The translations under genes and the position numbers were made by a program. The notes beneath the pieces were generated by a model. It worked only from the letters and a program-made list of their open reading frames with translations. It had not been told where the DNA came from and did no database searches. Positions 1 to 13,097 of a DNA stretch of 64,000 bases are shown here, piece by piece. How positions within the stretch are numbered: the first letter of the stretch is position 1; each line of letters begins with the position of its first letter. Location: assembly GCF_964355755.1 (NCBI RefSeq), contig NC_092679.1, positions 4,928,201 through 4,992,200 of the forward strand, in the 5' to 3' direction. This stretch comes from Antedon mediterranea (taxonomy: Eukaryota; Animalia; Echinodermata).

Positions 1-2755
1 CATTATATATGATAATTATTATATAATGAGCAATGAGGCCGTTTTTTTTTTCTTTTTTTTTTTTTTTTTATTCATACTCATCCAACAGCGAGTAACTCGC
101 CAATTACAGGATGGATAAACTATTTAATAATTTATCGTGCTTATAAACTAAGTCTCATTTGAGGCTTAGGGAGTGGAGTTGAAAGAGTCATGAGTTACAA
201 CCCTGCACTAGGTCAGGATTGAACCCGGGACCTTGGGATTGGAAGGCAAGCACGTTAACCACCAAGCTACAGCTCCACTTCCTATATTAAAGCATTGTGT
301 TCATGTGGTATCATTTTGGGTATATGGAACACAATGCATTATATATGATGAATAAACCACTGTAATATGAGGCCGTTTTCCTATGTTAAAGCATTGTGTT
401 CCTGCTGGGGTTATCATTTTGGGTATATGGAACACAATGCATTATAATGATAAATAAACCATTGTAATAAGCAATGAGGCCGTTTTCCTATGTTAAAGCA
501 TTGTGTTCCTGGGGTATCATTTTGGGTATATGAAACACAATGCATTATATATGATGAATAAACCACTATAAGCAATGAGGCCGTTTTCCTATGTTAAAGC
601 ATTGTGTTCCTGTGGTATCATTTTGGGTATATGGAACACAATGCATTATATATGATAAATAAACCACTGTAATAAGCAATGAGGCCGTTTTCTATGTTAA
701 AGCATTGTGTTCATGTGGTATCATTTTGGGTATATGGAACACAATGCATTATATATAATGAATAAACCACTGTAATAAGCAATGAGGCCGTTTTCCTATG
801 TTAAAGTATTGTGTTCCTGGGGTATCATTTTGGGTATATGAAACACAATGTATTATATATGATGAATAAACCACTGTAATAAGCAATGAGGCCGTTTTCT
901 ATGTTAAAGCATTGTGTTCATGTGGTATCATTTTGGGTATATGGAACACAATGCATTATATATAATGAATAAACCACTGTAATAAGCAATGAGGCCGTTT
1001 TCCTATGTTAAAGCATTGTGTTCCTGGGGTATCATTTTGGGTATATGGAACACAATGCATTATAGATAATGAATTAACCACTGTAATGAGGCCGTTTTCC
1101 TATGTTAAAGCATTGTGTTCCTGGGGTATCATTTTGGGTATATGGAACACAATGCATTATAGATAATGAATTAACCACTGTAATAAGCAATGAGGCCGTT
1201 TTTCTATGTTAAAGCATTGTGTTCATGTGGTATCATTTTGAGTATGTAACACAATGCATTTATACAGTAATGAATAAACCACTTCAATAAGCAATGAGGC
1301 CGTTTTCCTATGTTAAAGCATTGTGTTCCTGTGGTATCATTTTGGGTATATGGAACACAATGCATTATAGGCTAATGAATAAACCACTGTAATGAGGCCG
1401 TTTTCCTATGTTAAAGCATTGTGTTCCTGGGGTATCATTTTGGGTATATGGAACACAATGCATTATATATAATGAATAAACCACTGTAATATGAGGCCGT
1501 TTTCCTATGTTAAAGCATTGTGTTCCTGGGGTATCATTTTGGGTATATGGAACACAATGCATTATATTTGATGAATAAACCACTGTAATAAGCAATGAGG
1601 CCGTTTTCTATGTTAAAGCATTGTGTTCATGTGGTATCATTTTGGGTATATGGAACACAATGCATTATATATAATGAATAAACCACTGTAATAAGCAATG
1701 AGGCCGTTTTCCTATGTTAAAGCATTGTGTTCATGTGGTATCATTTTGAGTATGTAACACAATGCATTTATACAGTAATGAATAAACCACTTCAATAAGC
1801 AAAGAGGCCGTTTTCCTATGTTAAAGCATTGTGTTCCTGTGGTATCATTTTGGGTATATGGAACACAATGCATTATAGGCTAATGAAAAAACCACTGTAA
1901 TATGAGGCCGTTTTCCTATGTTAAAGCATTGTGTTCCTGGGGTATCATTTTGGGTATATGGAACACAATGCATTATATAATGAATAAACCACTGTAATAT
2001 GAGGCCGTTTTCCTATGTTAAAGCATTGTGTTCCTGGGGTATCATTTTGGGTATATGGAACACAATGCATTATATTTGATGAATAAACCACTGTAATAAG
2101 CAATGAGGCCGTTTTCCTATATTATAGAATTGTGTTCCTTGGGTATCATTTTGGTTAATGGAACACAATGCATTATATATAATGAATAAACCACTGTAAT
2201 ATGAGGCCGTTTTCCTATGTTAAAGCATTGTGTTCCTGGGGTATCATTTTGGGTATATGGAACACAATGCATTATAGATAATGAATTAACCACAGTAATA
2301 AGCAATGAGGCCGTTTTCCTATGTTAAAGCATTGTGTTCCTGGGGTATCATTTTGGGTATATGGAACACAATGCATTATATTTGATGAATAAACCACTGT
2401 AATAAGCAATGAGGCCGTTTTCCTATATTATAGAATTGTGGTCCTGTGGTATCATTTTGGGTATATGGAACACAATGCATTATATATAATGAATAAACCA
2501 CTGTAATATGAGGCCGTTTTTCTATATTAAAGCATTGTGTTCCTGGGGTATCATTTTGGGTATATGAAACACAATGCATTATATATAATGTTTAAACCAC
2601 TATATAACAATAAAGAGCAATGAGGCCGTTTTGCTATGTTATAGCATTGTGTTCCTGGGGTATCATTTTGGTTATATGGAACACAATGCATTATATATAA
2701 TAAATAAACCACTGTAATATGAGGCCGTTTTCCTATGTTAAAGCATTTTGTTCCA
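1..2755. repeat. Tandem array of ~99-104 bp monomers (left arm of a large foldback; continues beyond the window start)
   Basis: Roughly 25 copies of GAGGCCGTTTTCCTATGTTAAAGCATTGTGTTCCTGGGGTATCATTTTGGGTATATGGAACACAATGCATTATATATAATGAATAAACCACTGTAAT(AAGCAAT). Each monomer carries the internal inverted repeat GCATTGTGTTCC...GGAACACAATGC. Confidence 0.95.
42..278 (-). mobile_element. tRNA-derived SINE inserted into a satellite monomer
   Basis: The minus strand reads GTGGAGCTGTAGCTTGGTGGTTAACG (A box) ... GGGTTCAATCC (B box), then a body, a stem-loop tail and poly(A) (poly-T at 42-69). It splits the monomer GAGGCCGTTTT|CCTATATTAAAGC. Confidence 0.85.
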
Positions 2756-2760
2756 TATAA

Positions 2761-2983
2761 ATGTTCCATATAGGTTGCTCCATCCATATTGCAAAAAAAA
2801 AATAACTATCGAGCCATATCACTGATTTTTTAAATTTACGTTTTTACAAAATGTACACTTATGAAAGACCATACAATTCCAAAGCATTTTTTAAACCTAA
2901 TAAAGATTTTGAAAAAAAAACCAACAAAAAACGTTCATGAATGAAATTTTGTTTCTGTGAATAGAGCAACCTATATTGAACAT
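2761..2983. mobile_element. MITE-like element with 23-bp TIRs at the inner edge of the left foldback arm
   Basis: ATGTTCCATATAGGTTGCTCCAT (2761-2783) is the reverse complement of ATAGAGCAACCTATATTGAACAT (2961-2983), with 2 mismatches. Confidence 0.55.
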
Positions 2984-3770
2984 ATAAAAGAAGTTTCAAA
3001 TGTTTTTAAATTCGAAAAGTATTTTTTATCGATGTTTTTTGTATATGTTTTTAAGCAAAATTCTATCCATAACCTAATTTTTAATGTTCAATGTGATATT
3101 TATTGAAGTGCTTTGAATACGCTGATGAAATTTGGAGGTATGAAACTTTGTTAGGAGTAGAATCAGCTTCCAGCATTAAATGTTAAAAATATGTTTATAT
3201 TACTCATTAATTAATAATAATTATTAATAAATTAATAGAAAACTAGAGAGGGCGCTTTTCGACAAGGAAATGAATGTTTTTTTATGTGTGTTATTTTTCC
3301 GCTCGAGTTTATTCAATGTACTGTAATATACACTGTTACATACTATTTTATTGGGAAGTAATTATTTTTGTGTGAATCTTCTTGGAGTTGTTTGAAAGCC
3401 TATCCGCTTACTTCTTTTCTTCAGAAAACATCTAATTTAGGTCTTAAAGTGACAAAAATAAACCAGATTTTGCCCACACACACTTCATCTCCTGAACTAA
3501 CATAGTACAGTATAAGTCAAATTAATTGTTTTACATTTTTTTTATTGAAATCAATCTGCCTCAAAAAATATTATAATAGTAACAATAACAGAAAGGTAGA
3601 TAGGTATTTTTATAATTTTTAAATTTAAAAATGTAAACAAAAAAACAACTGAATAAATGTTTATACATACATTATAAATGAAATAAAATAACTACTATTT
3701 TAGTAATGCATACACAAGTACAGAATATCAGAAATCAATGAATTATGTTTCTAAATATGGCATTATTAGG

Positions 3771-6015
3771 CATAGGAAAACGGCCTCTTTGCTTATTGAA
3801 GTGGTTTATTTATTACTGTATAAATGCATTGTGTTACATACTCAAAATGATACCCCAGGAACACAATGCTTTAACATAGGAAAACGGCCTCATTGCTTAT
3901 TACAGTGGTTAATTCATTATCTATAATGCATTGTGTTCCATATACCCAAAATGATACCCCAGGAACACAATGCTTTAACATAGGAAAACTACCTCATTGC
4001 TTATTGAAGTGGTTTATTCATTATACTGTATATAATGCATTGTGTTCCATATACTCAAAATGATACCCCAGGAACACAATGCTTTAACATAGGAAAACGG
4101 CCTCATTGCTTATTACAGTGGTTTATTCATTATATATAATGCATTGTGTTCCATATACCCAAAATGATACCCCAGGAACACAATACTTTAACGAGGAAAA
4201 CGGCCTCATTGCTTATTACAGTGGTTTATTCATCATATATAATGCATTGTGCTCCATATACCCAAAATGATACCCCAGGAACACAATGCTTTAACATAGG
4301 AAAACGGCCTCATATTACAGTAGTTTATTCATTATAGTGTATATAATGCATTGTGTTCCATACCCCGATACTCCAGGAACACAATGCTTTAACATAGGAA
4401 AACGGCCTCATATTACAGTGGTTTATTCATCATATATAATGCATTGTGTTCCATATACCCAAAATGATACTCCAGGAACACAATGCTTTAACATAGGAAA
4501 ACGGCCTCATATTACAGTGGTTTATTCATCATATATAATGCATTGTGTTCCATATACCCAAAATGATACCCCAGGAACACAATGCTTTAACATAGGAAAA
4601 GGGCCTCATATTACAGTGGTTTATTCATTAGCCTATAATGCATTGTGTTCCATATACTCAAAATGATACCCCAGGAACACAATGCTTTAACATAGGAAAA
4701 CGGCCTCATTGCTTATTACAGTGGTTTATTCATTATATAATGCATTGTGTTCCATATACCCAAAATGATACCCCAGGAACACAATACTCATAGGAAAACG
4801 GCCTCATTGCTTATTACAGTGGTTTATTAATTATATATAATGCATTGTGTTCCATGTACCCAAAATGATACCCCAGGAACACAATGCTTTAACATAGGAA
4901 AACGGCCTCATTGCTTATTACAGTGGTTTATTCATTATATATAATGCATTGTGTTCCATATACCCAAAATGATACCACAGGAACACAATGCTTTAACATA
5001 GAAAAACGGCCTCATTGCTTATTACAGTGGTTTATTCATCATATATAATGCATTGTGTTCCATATACCCAAAATGATACCCAAGGAACACAATGCTTTAA
5101 CATAGGAAAACGGCCTCATTGCTTACAGTGGTTTATTCATCATATATAATGCATTGTGTTCCATATACCCAAAATGATACCCCAGGAACACAATGCTTTA
5201 ACATAGGAAAACGGCCTCATTGCTTATTACAGTGGTTTATTCATTATATATAATGCATCGTGTTCCATATACCCAAAATGATACCACATGAACACAATGC
5301 TTTAACATAGGAAAACGGCCTCATTGCTTATTACAGTGGTTTATTCATTATATATAATGCATTGTGTTCCATATACCCAAAATGATACCACAGGAACACA
5401 ATGCTTTAACATAGGAAAACGGCCTCATTGCTTATTACAGTGGTTTATTCATTATATATAATGCATTGTGTTCCATATACCCAAAATGATACCCCATGAA
5501 CACAATGCTTTAACATAGGAAAACGGCCTCATATTACAGTGGTTTATTCATCATATATAATGCATTGTGTTCCATATACCCAAAATGATACCCCAGGAAC
5601 ACAATGCTTTAACATAGGAAAACGGCCTCATTGCTTATTACAGTGGTTTATTCATTATATATAATGCATCGTGTTCCATATACCCAAAATGATACCACAT
5701 GAACACAATGCTTTAACATAGGAAAACGGCCTCATTGCTTATTACAGTGGTTTATTCATTATATATAATGCATTGTGTTCCATATACCCAAAATGATACC
5801 ACAGGAACACAATGCTTTAACATAGGAAAACGGCCTCATTGCTTATTACAGTGGTTTATTCATTATATATAATGCATTGTGTTCCATATACCCAAAATGA
5901 TACCCCATGAACACAATGCTTTAACATAGGAAAACGGCCTCATATTACAGTGGTTTATTCATCATATATAATGCATTGTGTTCCATATACCCAAAATGAT
6001 ACCACAGGAACACAG
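3771..6015. repeat. Tandem array of the same ~102 bp monomer in inverted orientation (right arm of the foldback)
   Basis: About 22 monomers, reverse complement of the 1-2755 array. A ~411-bp (4-monomer) higher-order repeat is marked by the variant ATGCATCGTG at ~5253 and ~5664. Confidence 0.95.
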
Positions 6016-7292
6016 TACTTTAATTTCACTATGGTTACTTAATTTTACTTAATCTTTATTAATACAAATATATTGATTTCCAAAGTGGTTCACAAAAGTT
6101 CTACAAAACTAAATGAAAATGATACACATTAATAAAACGCAAATTCAAGAAATGTTTCTACACTTCATACAAAAGAAAACTTTTAGAGGAAATCATGGAA
6201 GTGAATTGGATTAACACATCTACTTTGCAGAAAATGTAAACAAATAATACTGTAACTGAATTGATAAGCACTGATCCCTTTAAACTTTACTATAAAACAC
6301 TATCAATTACGAAGGGAAAAAAAACATGTTTCCACTACTTGATAGAGAGTAGAGAATGCTCGATTGTCGAAATGACGCTCTCCCTCAATATCCAATCACA
6401 TCTTCCTTTAAAACTCCCTAAGTTGTTAATAATCAATGTCCATGAGCATGTTCATGTCTTCATTTTGACGGTCCGAATATAGCTCCTATGTAGGCTTGTC
6501 ATGCGAAATTCGCAAACAGTATGTGTGCGAGAAAAACGTCCTCTGAACCAACACAATGGAGTAAAATACCAACAAACAACCAGTCAAGTTTGTTTGATGT
6601 AAAGAAAAAATATACATTTACTCAACGGGCGAAAATAATGTGAGTTTATCTATGTTTTGCGGTAGTATTTAATTATATTTATGGTAATAAATGCAACCTA
6701 CTATGTTTAAAATTGGGTCCTAGCTTTCGTGATAGGTCTTGTGACACCCAACTCTCAGCAATACATTACATTACATGCCACGAAAAAAAGGCTCATAATA
6801 TTTGTATTGGTAAGTTTTTTTGTTATTAATTAGTCAAAGACTGGTGGTCTCCCAGAAGGCTCAGTTATGATCAGTGGCTGTACTAGTACCCCCCCCCCCC
6901 ATCCCCTACTCATCTACAAAGATGTACAGTACTAGGTAGGCCTACTTTAAAGTGCAATGACAATGATTCTTTATCGACCCTTTTTCAGGGTATGAAAGAA
7001 CAATCTTTCAATCTTATACAGAAACAAACTAAACACTTCCAGAAATAAATATTTGGACATGAGCTAGATGTGTACACTGGACCACCTACGGTTTATAGTC
7101 CTTATATGAGAAGACTCGTTCTACCACCAGAACCAATTGAGCCTCGAATCCTCTGATGTTATGGCTACGTTACGGTTCCACAAATACATACAACAAATAA
7201 ATATACAATAATTGAAAACAAATTGAAAGTTTCAACAATCTTCCTTTAATCTTTAGGCCTAACATTAGTTAGTTTTGTAGAAAAAAGGGACA

Positions 7293-9822
7293 ATGGCAGC
7301 CGCACTGGGTGTAGTCAAATCGATGTCATCTATCACGCCAGAAGAAGAGGGAAATCAACTGCTATGGTTTGACGGAGTCATTCTTAAGATGCAGTCACGG
7401 TTGCCTATACTATTAGCTTTATTAGCATTATTACAAGATGCGTTTGGTAAATATTAAATTAAACATTGTATATATTAAGGCAGGTAGGCCTACCATTAGC
7501 CATACTATACTATGATGGCAGACCAGGATCTAATATTCCTGTCACTGCCGTATTTTTACCTGACATCAATTTGACATTAACCTGACATTAATCAAAGCTA
7601 TTTCAAACATTGTTTTAAAGGTGATACAAGCACAAAATGCTGCCCTCCAAAAGACTGTAACACTGACTGTGTAAATTATATCAACTAGATGGTACGCTCG
7701 CTTCGCTCGCGTACCATCTAGGTCGTGCCCACAGATGGTTCTCGAATACACAGTAATTTCAGGGTAACAAATCTGGCGATTTCAAATGCACGTACCGCAG
7801 GACTATAATACATTGTCGTTTACAGAAACGAATAAGTAGACACAATGATTTATGTAGTCAACCAAAATTAGCACCCTGAGAATTACTTCCGAGAGAGAAA
7901 CAAAATGAGTCAAAAATTTTTATTTGGACTCATTTAAACAAACCCAATTTGTGTTTTGTATGTAACATTAAGGGTTGAGGGATGGAGGAAGAAGATAGGT
8001 ACAAAGAGGAAATTATCCACTCAGTAACGAAATATTGTTTTTAATGTTTTATAGGCCTATAAATAATATACCACTAAATACAGTAAAACATTTACGATTT
8101 AATACGGTACTTTGTTAAAACTCTCACTGTCATAGTCGATTGAAATAGTAAAGTACATGTAACGATACACCACTACGACGTTTATATATTTTTAAATTAT
8201 TAATTAATACAAACGTTGAGAAGCAACTGTCAGTAATAACGTTTATTTATTTGTATATTATATGTTTATAATCTAACAGTAGGGCCTACCCACACTCACA
8301 GTAATAAAGTTTATTTGTATAAATTTTTATATTACATCTAACAGTACCAACACTCACAGTAAGAAATTTGCGATTCAAATTGCGATCAAAGGTGGTTAAT
8401 ACCTTAACAGTATTGTACAGCATTGCAATACTATTTATGTTTATTCTCCAAGGGGGCCCATAAATCTAAATCTATACCTGTATGGTTAAACCAAATAATT
8501 TGGAATGTTCCATTAATCACAAATCAATACATTTGTAAAAACGTATATTAAATGTATCAAAATAGTATTTTTTAAAGAAAATCGGCCTGTCTTCAACATT
8601 ATGATGCTCTACTCGAACTGTTCAACCGGTTTTCAGCTATTAAAAACAATTATCGTAGGAGGAGATAGGAAAATGCGAAGCCTCCTCGCATTTTTGTGGC
8701 GGGTATTTTTCAAGACGGACATCCATTAGACAGTGTATACCACGATCGGAAAACACCCCTATTTGGGGCAAATCGTTGAACCTAAATTCGTTTTAATCGT
8801 CAATAAATAATTATCTAACTTAATTTAATTAGTAAACAGGGTTACATCAGGTGGTTAAAATCAGTACCGAAAGTACGAACCAACTGTATATACCATCGAG
8901 TAAAAATTCTAGAAGTAAGGCGCGATTTACCGAATTTTGCCCTTACGTAAATTTATATATAGATGCGTATTGTACTTATAAGGAACATGATGGCCTACTC
9001 GGCTATCACGAATTCGTACCATTCTCGTTAACTCTACAAGCTGTTCTACTTCAAATTCCTGTGCTCGGATGGATTGCATTTGGCGGTAGAAAAATATCAA
9101 TGGTCGCTCTGTGGTTCGCCAAGTGTTGTGGAGAGATTTGTTCAGAAGTCGAAAACCAATCACCGATCAAGTCTGACACCGTCGCCGATGAAGACGACGG
9201 CGGTGCAAATAGCAATGATCGTAGACACTGGCCAAAAGTACATTCAATCATGCAATGCTACATAAACGAATGGTCTATGTCTCGTAGATATGTTTCAGCG
9301 TATTTCTTATGCAAGATTCTACATTGCTGTGTAATATGTGCTTCTTTTGGGTACCACTGTCTTTTACTAAACATCACACTTAAAACGAGGACAAATCCAG
9401 ATCTTCTCAACCCAGAGTTTGAATGCAACGTGACGGCGGTTAAAACATTACATAATGTGACGACGATAAACTGTATCAAACCGTACAAAGTGTTCAACGT
9501 TATTCTAATTCTAATCCATCTTGTATTATGTCTGGCAATACCTCTTGCAATGATACTTATACGTGATATTAAATTGTTTTTAACAATGTGTTGTGGATGG
9601 CAGAAAAGTATTGACACGTTCGTACCGTACTTAAAGATCCCAAAAGGTGCACTGAGGTTTAATAATACAAATATACTCGTCATGTACTATGAAGAAAATA
9701 TTGACCTGAAGGAGAAATACGTTCAGAAGATATTATTACCTAAAACATTGTTAACAAAACCTAAATTAAATGGTGTACGGGGAAAAAGAGTTACGGAAAA
9801 AACATGTCTATTGCAAAAATGA
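7293..9822 (+). pseudogene. Innexin/pannexin-family large-pore channel gene; exon 2 interrupted by a Helitron (disrupted allele or pseudogene)
   Basis: Exon 1 7293-7446 (MAAALG...WFDGVILKMQSRLPILLALLALLQDAF, phase-1 GT donor); exon 2a 7621-7684 (GDTSTKCCPPKDCNTDCVNYI); exon 2b 8964-9822. Removing 7685-8963 restores a 358-aa ORF reading ...CVNYINAYCTY...FVPFSLTLQAVLLQIPVLGW...YFLCKIL...EFECNV...INCIKP...VFNVILILIHLVLCLAIPL. This gives four hydrophobic segments and the loop cysteines typical of innexin/pannexin. Confidence 0.8.
7685..8963 (-). mobile_element. Non-autonomous Helitron (copy 1, 1279 bp)
   Basis: The minus strand starts TCTATATATAAATTTACG and ends with the hairpin TACGCGAGCGAAGCGAGCGTA followed by CATCTAG. 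Inserted between A and T with no TSD. Both ends and most of the interior are shared with 29763-32145. Confidence 0.9.
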
Positions 9823-10299
9823 TTCCCATCAAGACGTCGTGCTGTCCCGACTCATTTTGCGAGAAATTTACGTCATCAAACGTACGTAAACGTAACGCTA
9901 GTAATTTTACCAATGATAAACCAGCAGCTTTAACAATAATAATAATGATTTATCAAAGTCGAAAAATTGACAGAAGAATTATAATTATGCACTATAAATA
10001 TATTCATTAAGAAAAGGATAAAACCCTTTAGTTACAATTATGTTTTGTTTTACTGAAATAAAAGTGGATGAGAGCCTACTAAAGAAAAACAAAATATGGA
10101 GGCTAAAATGTACTAGGCCTAAAGGTCGTATTGTGATATATTGTGATATTATAAATATAAAAAAAATGTTTCTTGATATATAGGCCTATGTGTATTGTGA
10201 TAGAAAAGGAAAGATAACTAAACAGGTAGATAAGTATATAACTACTGTATATTATTTATGCTGTCCTTTATTAGTGTCAACCCAGGCAGCACTTGCCAG

Positions 10300-10505
10300 T
10301 TCTTATATTATGACGATATCTAAATTCCTTCACTTGTACTGATGAAGTGCTAGTGTTGCCCGAAAGCTCTGCTAACATTTCTGGCTGTTTTACTTTATCG
10401 TTCTGATTTAGATTTTCGCTTTTTTTTTTATATCTCCATTGAGATCCAGCCACTGATACCCACAGCATTGTCAATTTTTCGGTAATTTGCCTTTGGATTT
10501 ATATT
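10300..10505 (+). mobile_element. Dispersed repeat resembling a Penelope-like LTR remnant, with a minimal hammerhead-like core
   Basis: CACTTGTA-CTGATGA-AGTGCTAGTGTTGCCC-GAAAGCTC-TGC at 10331-10373, followed by CTGGCTGTTTTACT...CCATTGAGATCCAGCCACTGATACCCACAGCATTGTC. Related copies lie at ~32898-33000 and ~60795-60965. Confidence 0.55.
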
Positions 10506-10577
10506 ATTTATGCTGTTATAGATGACAGTAGTTATATATAAGTACAGTATTACAATTTGTTATGTGATAAACACAAT

Positions 10578-11085
10578 AGAGAGGTTTCGCAATCTTACGA
10601 ATACGATAACGAAAACGGATACGTCACGCACACGTATTCGTTTTCGTAAGGCATACAAAAATCTGTTTCGCATGGCAACGAAATATTGAGGCGCGTCCAA
10701 AATATGACTGCGGTAAATTTGAGCGAAGCGCAGGTACGTGTTGCTTGGTGCTTGGCTGCCTAGGCCTAGCGTAACATCAAAGCGAGTGAGGACTTTAAAA
10801 ACTGCTATTTATCAAAATTGACTTGGCATTTTAGTAAATTACTTTAGTAAATTACTTTCAATATATCTATAATTATATTATAATCATGAATCATTCCTGA
10901 TTCAAATGCAAAATGTGCAAAATAGATCAAAAACTATACTCGTTTTTTAGTTACGAATATGACTGGTGATATTCGTCAACACGAATACGCTTTACGAATA
11001 TGAAATGGGGATCAGATCAAAAGTTTCACAAATGTATGACGTATCCGTTTTCGTTATCGTATTCGTAAGGTTACGAAACCTCCCT
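10578..11085. mobile_element. MITE with ~50-bp TIRs and a 3-bp AAT TSD (PIF/Harbinger-related type)
   Basis: AAT|AGAGAGGTTTCGCAATCTTACGAATACGATAACGAAAACGGATACGTCA ... TGACGTATCCGTTTTCGTTATCGTATTCGTAAGGTTACGAAACCTCCCT|AAT. Confidence 0.85.
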
Positions 11086-13097
11086 AATATATAAATATGA
11101 TTTAACATAAATAATGTTGAGTAAATGTTGATAGTATTAATATAAGTTTTATATATGTGTTAACAATCTAAATAATATTAAAGAGGATACAAAAACAGAA
11201 TATTACGAATGAAAAAAATGTAGAAGACGTATAAACAATTATGACATTGAATAAATAAAGGCATGGTGGTTAACCACGAAAGATAAAACAAATACAATAA
11301 TGATGGACTAAAGATATATCATTATTTGTAGACGTGAGTTGTTTTGTGCATCTTTCCTAGAAATATCATATCGCTGATTCACTGGTTCAACCAAACAAGA
11401 CCAAGATTTTTACAAAATAATTTAACATAAATGGGACACGTATCTGATTATTAACCGATAATTACTAGATTACTATTACTAGATCAATACTTTCTAATTA
11501 CAAGTATAATTTCTATAATAATAATATTAGAATTTTCGAAAATTGAATAAAGCTTTGATAAAAACAAATACCTAATAAGGGAAAACAGACATAGTGTTTG
11601 ACATTCAGTATATTCCAATATTGGCTAGTTTATATCTTCTCTTTCTCACAAAATAATTTAACATTAATGGAACACGTATCTGATTTTTAACCGATAATTA
11701 CTAGATTACTATTACTAGATCATACTTTCTAATTACAAGTATAATTTCTATAATGTATATTTATTTGAGTATCCTATCGACAGTGAATTTTCAATAAAAT
11801 TACACAATTAGGCATGTTCACTCAAACGTGGTGTTGTCACCCACGATGCACATTGTGTTTGGTAATAGACAAAAATAGATATAAGAATAACAATGATTTC
11901 CACATTAAAACATTAGGCTTGATGCAGCTTGGCAGACAATACAACCTATCAACGAATTTATGTTACATTCATATTCTGTTTCATTGTGTTCAAGTTCGGA
12001 CGCGGAACGCAAAGGATGCGTGCGATTCGTCAACTCACTTGCGTTGCGCCTACGTCGTCGTTCCTTTGCGTCCAAGTGAAATCGCGCTTAAATAATAAAA
12101 ATCGTATAAAAAAAATGAACGACGTGATCATGCGTCCTATAAAAAAAGAACACATATGAATGTGAATGTCTACAGCTGTACGACGAATACATTCATAGCG
12201 TTCTTTTGTACCTGTGTACAAACAGCAACGCGTAAACACCAAGTGGAGACATCCTCAGCAGCATTGGCTTGATTTCAAAAGTAATTGTCAAACTAATGAT
12301 TAGGTAGGTTCACATATAACATTTATAACATAATACCACTGCAAAAAAATCTATCAAGAGGAATGGTTGACATTTTTAATAAACTCGTCACAATCAGTGT
12401 TAGGTAATTGGAAAGTATTATAATACTAAAACTGATTTAGTCGGAATTGAATGTTGTTGCTGAATGGAGAGATATTAGGTTTATTAAAAGTCCTTTTTAC
12501 AAAGAACGTTGACATTAGATATTGTTATCTCCATCACATTATATATAATTTATAACATAATACCTCTGCAAAATAGATCTATCAAGAGGAATGGTTGACA
12601 GAGGCATTTAATATACTCGTCACGTTCATTCGTGTTAGGTAATTGGAAAGTATATTATTATAATACTAAAACTTAATTAGTCGGAATCAATATTTATTCA
12701 GTTTATTATCACGTAATGTTAACGTATTGAAGGTTACGGGTTCCTGGCAGGTACAGCATGGCATTGTATGTTGTTGATGAATGAGGATAGGCTTATTAAA
12801 AGTCATGTTTTACAGAGAATGTTGACATCCTTGGATATTGCTATATCCATCACTGCCAATAATACATTTATTGTATTAATTATCTTTAAAGAGAATCACA
12901 CGTGCGGGTCTTTGTTAAAAAGTACAAAGTGGTTGATTAAATCAATAAATTATGTCACTTTAATCTTAATGGTGGAAGTTTTGGATTGGGTACTACTCGC
13001 TGTTTAATAACACACAAGGTGAAACGCGTCAGATAATTATACGCGCGACGCAGTGCTCTTGTGCGAACCAAAGCCATATTTGGTGTGTCTAAACTCT

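Noticed and set aside
181-278. tRNA genes (also 20686-20755)
   Set aside because: A and B boxes are present, but they are followed by SINE bodies, tails or TSDs and lack a complete acceptor stem.
1365-4666. Repetitive ORFs (HCVPYTQNDTPGTQCFNIGKRPH) and a superficially CRISPR-like periodic array
   Set aside because: These are translations of the satellite monomer. There are no unique spacers or cas genes, and the context is eukaryotic.
8851-8963. N-terminus of the 323-aa ORF as a genuine start
   Set aside because: It starts at GTG inside the Helitron terminus, which is also present at ~32030-32145. The real start is ATG 7293.
11412-12850. Local ~110-bp and ~230-bp direct duplications
   Set aside because: Ordinary AT-rich tandem duplications with no termini or coding signal.
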